A DNA stretch of 64,000 bases from an uncultured Thermoleophilia bacterium. GTDB taxonomy: Bacteria; Actinomycetota; Thermoleophilia; UBA2241. The position numbers and the translations under genes were made by a program. This document shows, one piece after another, positions 53,967-61,104 of the stretch. Each line of letters starts with the position of its first letter. The stretch's first letter is position 1. Location: positions 335-64,334 of the forward strand of contig CAVUBA010000013.1 in assembly GCA_963739595.1 (NCBI GenBank), read 5' to 3'. The notes under the pieces are model-generated. The model did not search any database. It saw only the letters and a program-made list of their open reading frames with translations, and was not told the DNA's origin.

Positions 53967-55322
53967 ATGATGGACGCTGAGACCGGTCAGGAGACCGGCG
54001 CCACCGTCGTCCGCCCGCGCTCGGTCGTGTTCGCGGTCGTTCCCGGCGGCGGTCGCGCGGACCCCGGCGAGGACGAACAGCTCAGCGAGATCAAGGAACT
54101 CCTGCGCTCGGCGGACATGGACTGGGTCGCCGACGTGATCCAGCACCGGGACTCGCCCAACCCGCGCACCTATCTCGGCAAGGGCAAGATGGGCGAGCTC
54201 AAGGAGACGATCGTGGAGAACGCGGCCACCGTCGCCGTCTGCGAGGACGATCTCTCGCCGGCGCAGGTCGCCTCCGTCCTCGACGCGGTCGACGCCGACG
54301 TGCTCGACCGCACCGAGCTCATCCTCACGGTGTTCAGCAAGCACGCGCACTCGCTCGAGGGCACGATGCAGGTGCACCTGGCCCAGCTCGAATACGAGCT
54401 CACGCGGATGCGCGGCAAGGGCCTCGTGATGAGCCGCCTGGGAGCCGGCGTCGACATGCGCGGCCCGGGCGAGACCAAGATGGAGGTCGACCGGCGCGTG
54501 GTGCGCAAGCGCATCCAGACGCTGCGCAAGCGCATCGAGCAGATGGCGCGCACTCGCCGCACGCAGCGCGCCAAGCGCCTGCGCACCGGTGTGCCGCTCG
54601 TCGCGCTCGCCGGCTACACCAACGCCGGCAAGTCCACGCTCCTCAATGCGCTCACCGACGCTGAGGTCTCCGTGCGCGACCGCCTCTTCGAGACTCTGGA
54701 CCCGACCTCGCGGACCTTCCGCTATCACGACCGCGACTACGTGGTCACGGACACGGTCGGGTTCATCCGCAAGCTGCCGCACCAGCTCGTCGACGCCTTC
54801 GCCAGCACGCTCGAGGAGACGACCCTGGCCGACGTCGTCCTCGTGGTCTCCGACGCCGCCCTCGATCCGTCCGAGATCGCCGTGCGCGAGAAGACGGTGG
54901 CCGACGTGCTCGACATGATCGGCAGCACGGCCCCGAGGATCATGGTCTTCAACAAGATCGACCGGCTCGACGAGGGCAAGCTCACGCGGCTGCGCGCCCT
55001 GTACCCGGAGGCCGAGTTCATCGCCGCGGGCGCCGGCCAGGGACTCGACGAGCTCCAGGCCCGCCTGGCGCGCTTCTTCGACCGCGCGCTGCGGCCCGTC
55101 CGCCTGCTGTTCCCGTACAACGCGGCCGGCGAGATGCACCGCCTGCGCGGTGTCGCCAGCGACGTGCAGGAGGAGCACACGCCCGACGGCGTGATCTTCG
55201 AGGCCCGGCTGCCCGCCGCGGAGGCCGGGCGCTACGCACGCTTCCGTCTGGATCCCGAGATCCCGGATGAGGACGAGGACGCTGCGACTGGTGGACGAAG
55301 ACGACGACTTCGAGGTCCTTGA
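53967..55322 (+). CDS. hflX: GTPase HflX
   Basis: Intact 451-aa ORF. LAQLEYELTRMRG..GPGETKMEVDRR, G domain ALAGYTNAGKSTLLNAL, DTVGFI, NKID. Confidence 0.9.
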   Translation: MMDAETGQETGATVVRPRSVVFAVVPGGGRADPGEDEQLSEIKELLRSADMDWVADVIQHRDSPNPRTYLGKGKMGELKETIVENAATVAVCEDDLSPAQVASVLDAVDADVLDRTELILTVFSKHAHSLEGTMQVHLAQLEYELTRMRGKGLVMSRLGAGVDMRGPGETKMEVDRRVVRKRIQTLRKRIEQMARTRRTQRAKRLRTGVPLVALAGYTNAGKSTLLNALTDAEVSVRDRLFETLDPTSRTFRYHDRDYVVTDTVGFIRKLPHQLVDAFASTLEETTLADVVLVVSDAALDPSEIAVREKTVADVLDMIGSTAPRIMVFNKIDRLDEGKLTRLRALYPEAEFIAAGAGQGLDELQARLARFFDRALRPVRLLFPYNAAGEMHRLRGVASDVQEEHTPDGVIFEARLPAAEAGRYARFRLDPEIPDEDEDAATGGRRRRLRGP

Positions 55323-55345
55323 AGATGCCGAGGAGGCCGGCGACG

Positions 55346-55801
55346 ATGCCTGACGCCGGCCTGCCCGTGCCCGTGAGACTCCTCAGCCCGGCCGCACGCC
55401 TGCCGGAGCGCGCCTACGAGCACGACGCCGCCTGGGACCTGTGCGCCGCCGAAGAAGCCACGCTGCGGCCGCTCGAACGCGCAGTCGTCGGCACCGGCAT
55501 CGCCCTCGGGCTGCCGAGCCACCTTGCGGCGCTCACTCTGCCGCGCTCAGGACTCGCCGCCCGCCACGGCATCTCGATCGTCAACGCGCCCGGCCTCATC
55601 GATCCGGGATATCGTGGCGAGGTGCGCATCATCCTCCTGAACACCGACAAGACCGCGGAGTTCCACGTGGCCGTCGGCGACCGCATCGCTCAGTTGCTGT
55701 TTCTCCCGCTCACCGCGGTCGATCTGGTCCAGTCCGACGCGCTCGACGACACGCACCGCGGGGAGCGCGGGTTCGGCTCGAGCGGCACGGGGGGGAGGTG
55801 A
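55346..55801 (+). CDS. dut: dUTP diphosphatase
   Basis: ORF 55319..55801. ATG 55346 lies 10 nt after GAGGAGG. Motifs: AAWDLCA, LPRSGLAARHGISIVNAPGLIDPGYRGE, RGERGFGSSG. Confidence 0.88.
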   Translation: MPDAGLPVPVRLLSPAARLPERAYEHDAAWDLCAAEEATLRPLERAVVGTGIALGLPSHLAALTLPRSGLAARHGISIVNAPGLIDPGYRGEVRIILLNTDKTAEFHVAVGDRIAQLLFLPLTAVDLVQSDALDDTHRGERGFGSSGTGGR

Positions 55802-55802
55802 C

Positions 55803-56303
55803 ATGCCGGACGTGACTCCAGACCCCGAGGCCGCCGGCGTCATGGACGACGCCGCGGACCCGGGAGACAAGCCTACTATTCGCGTCGCAGGTCTGCTCAT
55901 CCATGAGGGTAGTATCTTGATGGTAGAGCAGGGGAGAGGCGACGAGCGCTACTGGCTCCTGCCCGGCGGCGGCGTCCAGTTCGGTGAGACGCTGTCCGAC
56001 GCGCTGCGACGCGAGCTCCAGGAGGAGCTCGGCCTGCGCGTCGGCGTCCAGCGCCTGGTCGCGATCGTCGAGTCGATCTCGCCGGAGCCGGACTACGCGA
56101 AGCACGTGATCCACCTGATCTTCGAGATCTCCGCGCCGGCGGAGGCGCTGCCGGAGCCGCAGGACGTCAAGGTCCTCAACGCGCGCTTCCTGAGCGAGTT
56201 CCAGCTCCAGTCCGCCGACGTGCGCCCGCCGATCTCCGAGTTCCTGAGCGCGTGCGTGAGGGAGATGCCCTCGTCACCGCAGTTTCTCGGGCGGCGCTGG
56301 TAG
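55803..56303 (+). CDS. NUDIX hydrolase
   Basis: Intact 166-aa ORF. Nudix box GGGVQFGETLSDALRRELQEELGL. Confidence 0.85.
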   Translation: MPDVTPDPEAAGVMDDAADPGDKPTIRVAGLLIHEGSILMVEQGRGDERYWLLPGGGVQFGETLSDALRRELQEELGLRVGVQRLVAIVESISPEPDYAKHVIHLIFEISAPAEALPEPQDVKVLNARFLSEFQLQSADVRPPISEFLSACVREMPSSPQFLGRRW

Positions 56304-56920
56304 CCGCTTGCGAGCGGTTCTTCCCCTGAAAGGCCGTCGTTGGCCGCCGATCGGGCTCAGAGAGAACACGCGATAATCTCCGTTATGTAAAGCTAGCCGT
56401 TTGGCGAACGGCCACGAGTCCATCCCCGACCTCCGGTGTCCAAGTCGCGCCACCGCTCCCTCCCCCGTCGGCGAAGAAGCCAGCACGTCCTGCCTCGTCT
56501 TCGGCGACGTTGGCGGTCGCGCGCACTCTTCGCCTGCAGTCGCGCTCGCGCCGCGCGCCTGCACCGTGGCCGTGGCGTATCGGCCGTGCGACGTGCCGCC
56601 GGCGCGTTGTGCGGGCTCCCCGGACTGCCGTCGACGCGTCTCCCGTGATCCGCCGCACGATCCGCGTGGCCGCCCTGTGCTACGCTCTTTCGTCGGCCGA
56701 CGGGGCAATGAACGCTTTGCCGACGGGCGTGCAAATGGCGCACGGCCTTGTCGGAACCCGGTGAGTACTGCTCGACGTGCGTGAAGGAAGCGACAGACGA
56801 GCCGCCGCAGACGAACAGGTGTTCGTGCACGGCGCTCGGTCCGACTCGACGGGCGCCCGGCGGTCAGCTCAGGCGCGACGAACGGCGGCGGGCCGGCGAA
56901 GCGCCGCCCGCCCTGCGCCG

Positions 56921-57448
56921 TCAGTACGTGATCAGGCTGTAGACGTCGTAGCCCTCGAGCTTCTTGCGGCCCTCGAGGCCGGCGAGCTCGATGATGAAGG
57001 CGACGCCGACGACCTTGCCGCCGAGCTTCTCGACGAGCTCGACCTTGGCCCTGGCCGTCCCGCCGGTGGCCAGAAGGTCGTCGTGCACGAGCACGTTCTG
57101 CCCCGGCTTGATCGCGTCGGCGTGGACCTCGAGCTTGTCGGTGCCGTACTCGAGGTCGTACTCGGCGGAGATGGTCTCGTGCGGCAGCTTGCCGGGCTTG
57201 CGCGCGCAGACGAAGCCGGCGCCGAGGCCGTAGGCCACGGCGGCGCCGAGGATGAACCCGCGCGCCTCCGCCCCCATCACGACGTCGACGTGCTTGCCGA
57301 CGCCGTACTCGACGAGGCGGTCGACGGCCTCGTGCAGCGCCTTCGGCTCCTGCAGCAGCGGCATGATGTCGCGGAACAGGATCCCCTCCTTGGGGAAGTC
57401 CGGGATGTCACGCACGTGGGCGGCGAGGTCGAAGCCGGCGTCAGTCAT
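56921..57448 (-). CDS. apt: adenine phosphoribosyltransferase
   Basis: ORF 56921..57613(-) from the internal ATG at 57448, after AAGGAG. DIPDFPKEGILFRDIMPLL.., VLVHDDLLATGGTA. 175 aa. Confidence 0.9.
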   Translation of the reverse strand: MTDAGFDLAAHVRDIPDFPKEGILFRDIMPLLQEPKALHEAVDRLVEYGVGKHVDVVMGAEARGFILGAAVAYGLGAGFVCARKPGKLPHETISAEYDLEYGTDKLEVHADAIKPGQNVLVHDDLLATGGTARAKVELVEKLGGKVVGVAFIIELAGLEGRKKLEGYDVYSLITY

Positions 57449-57506
57449 GGGATCTCCTTGTGAGTGCGGATGCGGCGGCGCCGCTGTGGGTGACGGGACC
57501 GCTCCC

Positions 57507-58235
57507 TCAGCGCGAGTCGCTGCCGGTGAGCCGGCGGACGCCGCGGGCGAGCAGAAGCTGGCGGAGCTGGGCCGAGGCCTGGACGATGTCGTCGAGCTGG
57601 TCCAGGCCCTCACGGCGCCGCTCGGGCCGGTTGGAGCGGAGCGCCGGCAGGAGCACCTGCTCGATGAGCCCGATCTCGCGGTCGACGGCGCTCTTGACGA
57701 CGCGGAGGTTCTTGGGGCGCAGGCCCAGCTGCGCGAGCTGCGCCGCGGCCGCCACGATGCCGGCGTCGGTCTCGGTGTAGCGCTTGACGCCGCTGACCTG
57801 GCGGCCGTGGATGAGCTCGTAGTCCTCGAGCTCGTCCAGCAGGGCGACGTCGGCGCCGGTGAGCTGGATGACCTCCTCGGAGGTGTACTCGCGCCCGTCC
57901 GCCGTGCTCAGCAGGTCGGTCTTGCGCAGTCCCTGCCGCGCAGTCGGCAGCGGGCTCGCGGGGCTGCGCTCGAGCTCGCGGCGGATGACCTTGAGCGGCA
58001 GGTACTCGTCCCGCTGCATGCTGAGCACGCGCACGAGACGCGAGAAGTCGTCCTGGGAGTACAGCCGGTACCCGGACTTGGTCCGCCTGGGCGTGACCAG
58101 GCCCTGCTCTTCGAGGTAGCGCAGCTTGCTGACGCTGATGTCGGGAAACTCCCCGCGCAGGCGATCGACCACCGTGCCGATGGTGAGCAGACGCTCGTCG
58201 CCGACGTCGAACAGCAGTTCCGCGGTCTCGGACAC
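57507..58235 (-). CDS. MerR family transcriptional regulator (FtsR/Rv1828-like)
   Basis: Intact 242-aa ORF. HTH LLTIGTVVDRLRGEFPDISVSKLRYLEEQGLVTPRRTKSGYRLYS. Directly downstream of the FHA gene, as in other actinobacteria. Confidence 0.85.
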   Translation of the reverse strand: MSETAELLFDVGDERLLTIGTVVDRLRGEFPDISVSKLRYLEEQGLVTPRRTKSGYRLYSQDDFSRLVRVLSMQRDEYLPLKVIRRELERSPASPLPTARQGLRKTDLLSTADGREYTSEEVIQLTGADVALLDELEDYELIHGRQVSGVKRYTETDAGIVAAAAQLAQLGLRPKNLRVVKSAVDREIGLIEQVLLPALRSNRPERRREGLDQLDDIVQASAQLRQLLLARGVRRLTGSDSR

Positions 58236-58253
58236 GTCGCCCCCCGGCGCCCG

Positions 58254-58715
58254 TCAGGTCCCCGCCGGGGCGAGGAACGTGAGCTTGTACTTGCCGATCT
58301 GGATCTCGTCGCCGTCGCTGAGCACGGTGCGCTCGCCGCGGCGGCGGTTGATGAACGTGCCGTTGAGGCTGCCCTCGTCGACGATCACCCAGGAGTCCCC
58401 GTCGCGCATGACCACGGCGTGGTTGCGCGAGACGGTGACGTCGTCGAGGAAGATCGCAGCGTCCGGATGCCGGCCGATGGCGACGCGCTCCCCGCGGAGA
58501 ACGTACGTCTCCCCCGCCCTGCCGCCACCGCTGCGGACGACCAGGCAGCCCTCGTCCGAACAGGCGGCGAACGGCGTCGTCTCGCCGTCCTCCTCGCCGG
58601 GCACGTAGCTGAGCGTGGTCGCCGACTCTGGCTGGTCCGCGAGGAGGCTGGCTCCGCAGCGGAGACAGAAGCTGGCGCCCTCTGAGTTGCGGATGCCGCA
58701 CTCGGGGCAGAACAC
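58254..58715 (-). CDS. FHA domain protein with N-terminal zinc ribbon (GarA/OdhI-like)
   Basis: Intact 153-aa ORF, GTG start after GGAGAA. CPECG..CLRCG ribbon, GETTPF segment, FHA core IGRHPDAAIFLDDVTVSRNHAV..GSLNGTFIN. Confidence 0.85.
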   Translation of the reverse strand: MFCPECGIRNSEGASFCLRCGASLLADQPESATTLSYVPGEEDGETTPFAACSDEGCLVVRSGGGRAGETYVLRGERVAIGRHPDAAIFLDDVTVSRNHAVVMRDGDSWVIVDEGSLNGTFINRRRGERTVLSDGDEIQIGKYKLTFLAPAGT

Positions 58716-58793
58716 GCTACTTCTCCGCCTCGCCCGATGCTTCGCGCGGCGAGTCGCTCACTAGCACTCCGTTCACTGCGTGCACTGCGGGCA

Positions 58794-59081
58794 TCAGTCG
58801 GCGTCCTCGTCATCGCCGGGCTCGGCGGCGGGAGCGTCGCTGGTCGGCACCTTGCCGGCCAGGATCTGCGACAGACCCGCCACGTCGTCGGCGGAGATGA
58901 CGGACTCGCCCTTGGCGTGCTTGCGCTGCAGGCGCATCACGAGTTCGGCGCGAAGGATGTCGAGTTCGCCGTGCAGGATGCGCCGGCGGCGGGAGATGTC
59001 GCGCTCCTCGGCCTCGAGCTCCGCGATGAGCGCGCGCAGGTCGTCGTCCGAACGGGACACCAGATCGACGATGTCATCCAT
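58794..59081 (-). CDS. small coiled-coil protein with an RsiG-type c-di-GMP-binding-like motif
   Basis: Intact 95-aa ORF. Residues 26-41, ERDISRRRRILHGELD, fit E-x3-S-x2-R-x3-(Q/H)-x3-D. Acidic C-terminal tail. Confidence 0.55.
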   Translation of the reverse strand: MDDIVDLVSRSDDDLRALIAELEAEERDISRRRRILHGELDILRAELVMRLQRKHAKGESVISADDVAGLSQILAGKVPTSDAPAAEPGDDEDAD

Positions 59082-59138
59082 GGCGCGACTCCTCTCCGTG
59101 GGTAGAGGGCTGGATTGTCGATGCTACCGGACCCCGCC

Positions 59139-59738
59139 TCAACGTTCAAGCTCAGGTTGAGGTGGTCTGCCGGCGTGCAGGTCTCCCCCGTCGGCCAGCT
59201 GGGGGCGCTCGACGCGCACGACCTCGCGGGACGCGAGGCGGCGCAGCGCGTGGAGCGCGTCGTACTCGTCGGCGTCGCCGCCGACGAGGATCCCCTCGAC
59301 GACGTCCCCGACCGTGCGCGCGCCCGGACCGAGGTAGCCGAGGACGCGCGCCTCGAGGGCGTCGTCGGGCTCGCCGCCGAGGTACCGCACGACGGCCGGC
59401 GCCGGCAGGCGCCGGCGCAGCCTGTAGGTCTCGTCGAGGCGGCGCATGCCCTCGATGAGCAGCGACTCGGTCGGCAGATTGACCTCGTCGTCCTCGAGCT
59501 CGGCAGTCGGGTCGAAGTCGAACGATCCGGTCTTGAGTCCGAGCAGTGCGTAGAAGGCCTTCTCGGCCGTGAGTTCGCCGCTGCGCGCGCCGACCAGGCG
59601 GCCGCCGCGGAACATGAGCACTCCGGCGACCACATCCTCCTCGTCGAAGAGGACGAGGCGGCCGGTCTTGCCGCCGACGGACGTCATCTCCACGAGGTCC
59701 GCAAGGGGAAGTTCACCGAGGTCGCCTTTCAGGCCCAT
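59139..59738 (-). CDS. DUF4388 / PATAN domain protein
   Basis: Intact 199-aa ORF. MGLKGDLGELPLADLVEMTSVGGKTGRLVLF..GARSGELTAEKAFYALL.., typical PATAN N-terminus. Confidence 0.7.
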   Translation of the reverse strand: MGLKGDLGELPLADLVEMTSVGGKTGRLVLFDEEDVVAGVLMFRGGRLVGARSGELTAEKAFYALLGLKTGSFDFDPTAELEDDEVNLPTESLLIEGMRRLDETYRLRRRLPAPAVVRYLGGEPDDALEARVLGYLGPGARTVGDVVEGILVGGDADEYDALHALRRLASREVVRVERPQLADGGDLHAGRPPQPELER

Positions 59739-59936
59739 GCCGGGCCTCGCTCGCCTCGTGTGGTCATGCGCTGGCGTCTTCCATACTTGTGACAGCTTCG
59801 CAGCCGGCGCCCGGCTTCCTGCCCGGAGACGGGCGCCCTCTCAGCCTCTCGCTCCCGCGCTCGGCCCCCTCATGCTTTCCCCCGAACGCGACGATACAGG
59901 GTGCAGCGCCGGCCGGACGCGGGCCCGCGGCGGCGC

Positions 59937-59947
59937 TGATATATACT
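59937..59947 (+). promoter_or_regulatory. candidate extended -10 element TGATATATACT for mglB-mglA
   Basis: The only AT-rich element in the 243-nt divergent gap. It lies about 35 nt upstream of the mglB GTG (59982), which follows GGGAGGAG. Confidence 0.35.
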
Positions 59948-59981
59948 TCGGCCACCGCGGGCGTCTACGGGAGGAGCGTGC

Positions 59982-60467
59982 GTGGCTCGTCGCAAGGGAC
60001 TCGTCATCAACGATCGTCAGCTGGACCGCTGCGACGACCTCCTTCAGAAGCTCAAGGAGGTCTCCGGGTCCAGCTTCCTCGCGCTCATCAGCACGTCGGG
60101 CCAGCCCATCACCACGGCCTCCGACGAGTACCACCCCGAGACGCTCTCCCTGGCCTCGCTCGCGGCCAGCTCGTTCGCGGCCACCCAGCAGCTCGCCAAG
60201 ATCCTCGACGAGAACGAGTTCACGCTGCTCTTCCACGAGGGCAAGGCGCTCAACCTGCACGTGTCGCAGGTCACCGACCAGGTGCTGCTCATCGTCACCT
60301 TCGGGCGCGAGACGCAGGTGGGCAAGGTGCGCCTCTACACGCAGCGCGCCATCGAAGTGCTCCGGCAGATCTTCGAGGGGCCGGAGGACGAGACCACGCC
60401 GGAGATGGACGCCGACTTCGAGGCGGCCGCCGGCACTGCCATGGACGACCTCTTCAAGGACATGTGA
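59982..60467 (+). CDS. mglB: Roadblock/LC7 domain protein, MglB-like GTPase-activating protein
   Basis: Intact 161-aa ORF (GTG). LLQKLKEVSGSSFLALISTSGQPIT..EFTLLFHEGKALNLHVSQV..LLIVTF. Immediately upstream of mglA. Confidence 0.75.
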   Translation: MARRKGLVINDRQLDRCDDLLQKLKEVSGSSFLALISTSGQPITTASDEYHPETLSLASLAASSFAATQQLAKILDENEFTLLFHEGKALNLHVSQVTDQVLLIVTFGRETQVGKVRLYTQRAIEVLRQIFEGPEDETTPEMDADFEAAAGTAMDDLFKDM

Positions 60468-60476
60468 GACAGCCCT

Positions 60477-61055
60477 ATGCCCCTGATCAACTTCGCCGCC
60501 CGCGAGATCAACTACAAGATCGTCTACTACGGATGCGGCCTCTGCGGCAAGACGACCAACCTCCAGTACATCCACCGCAAGATCAATCCGGACGCGCGCG
60601 GCAAGCTCGTCAGCATCGCCACCGAAGAGGAGCGCACGCTCTACTTCGACTTCCTGCCGCTCACGCTGGGCACGGTCAAGGGGATGCAGACGCGGTTCCA
60701 CCTCTACACGGTGCCGGGCCAGAGCTACTACAACGCCAGCCGCAAGCTCGTGCTGCAGGGCGTCGACGGCGTGATCTTCGTCGCCGACTCGCAGATCACG
60801 CGTCTCGACGAGAACGTGGAGAGCTACCTCAACCTCTGGGACAACCTGCTCAGCCAGGGCGACGACCTCAGCAAGCTCGGGTTCGTCATCCAGATGAACA
60901 AGCGCGACCTCACCGAGGTCTTCTCGGTGGAGGACCTCAACGAGCTGCTCAACCACACCGACTCGCCGGTGACGGAGAGCAGCGCGGTCACCGGCCAGGG
61001 CGTCTTCGAGACGCTCAAGGTGGTCTGCAAGCAGGTCATCGCGAAGACGGGCTGA
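60477..61055 (+). CDS. mglA: MglA-type Ras-like small GTPase
   Basis: Intact 192-aa ORF. Strong resemblance to Myxococcus MglA along its whole length: INFAAREINYKIVYYGCGLCGKTTNLQYI, RTLYFDFLPL, RFHLYTVPGQ, DGVIFVADSQ, QMNKRDL. Confidence 0.88.
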   Translation: MPLINFAAREINYKIVYYGCGLCGKTTNLQYIHRKINPDARGKLVSIATEEERTLYFDFLPLTLGTVKGMQTRFHLYTVPGQSYYNASRKLVLQGVDGVIFVADSQITRLDENVESYLNLWDNLLSQGDDLSKLGFVIQMNKRDLTEVFSVEDLNELLNHTDSPVTESSAVTGQGVFETLKVVCKQVIAKTG

Positions 61056-61104
61056 GGCCGGCGGCGCGGCGGCGCGGACTCTCCCCCGCCGCCTCACGAG
61101 CGCG

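Noticed and set aside
55267-55353. 28-aa acidic ORF (MRTRTLRLVDEDDDFEVLEDAEEAGDDA) overlapping the hflX end and the dut start
   Set aside because: It has no SD and overlaps two supported genes. It could equally be the true HflX C-terminus displaced by another indel, so it cannot be resolved from sequence alone.
56886-56911. GC hairpin GGCGGGC(C)GGCG-AAG-CGCCGCCCGCC just past the apt stop, considered as a terminator
   Set aside because: It has no U-tract on either strand and a 3-nt loop. It may still pause or stabilise transcripts, but it does not qualify as an intrinsic terminator.
60528-60548. Cysteines in the MglA P-loop (GCGLCGKT), considered as an unusual redox feature
   Set aside because: As I recall it, Myxococcus MglA itself reads GPGLCGKT. 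Only the Pro-to-Cys change is different, which is insufficient to claim anything.
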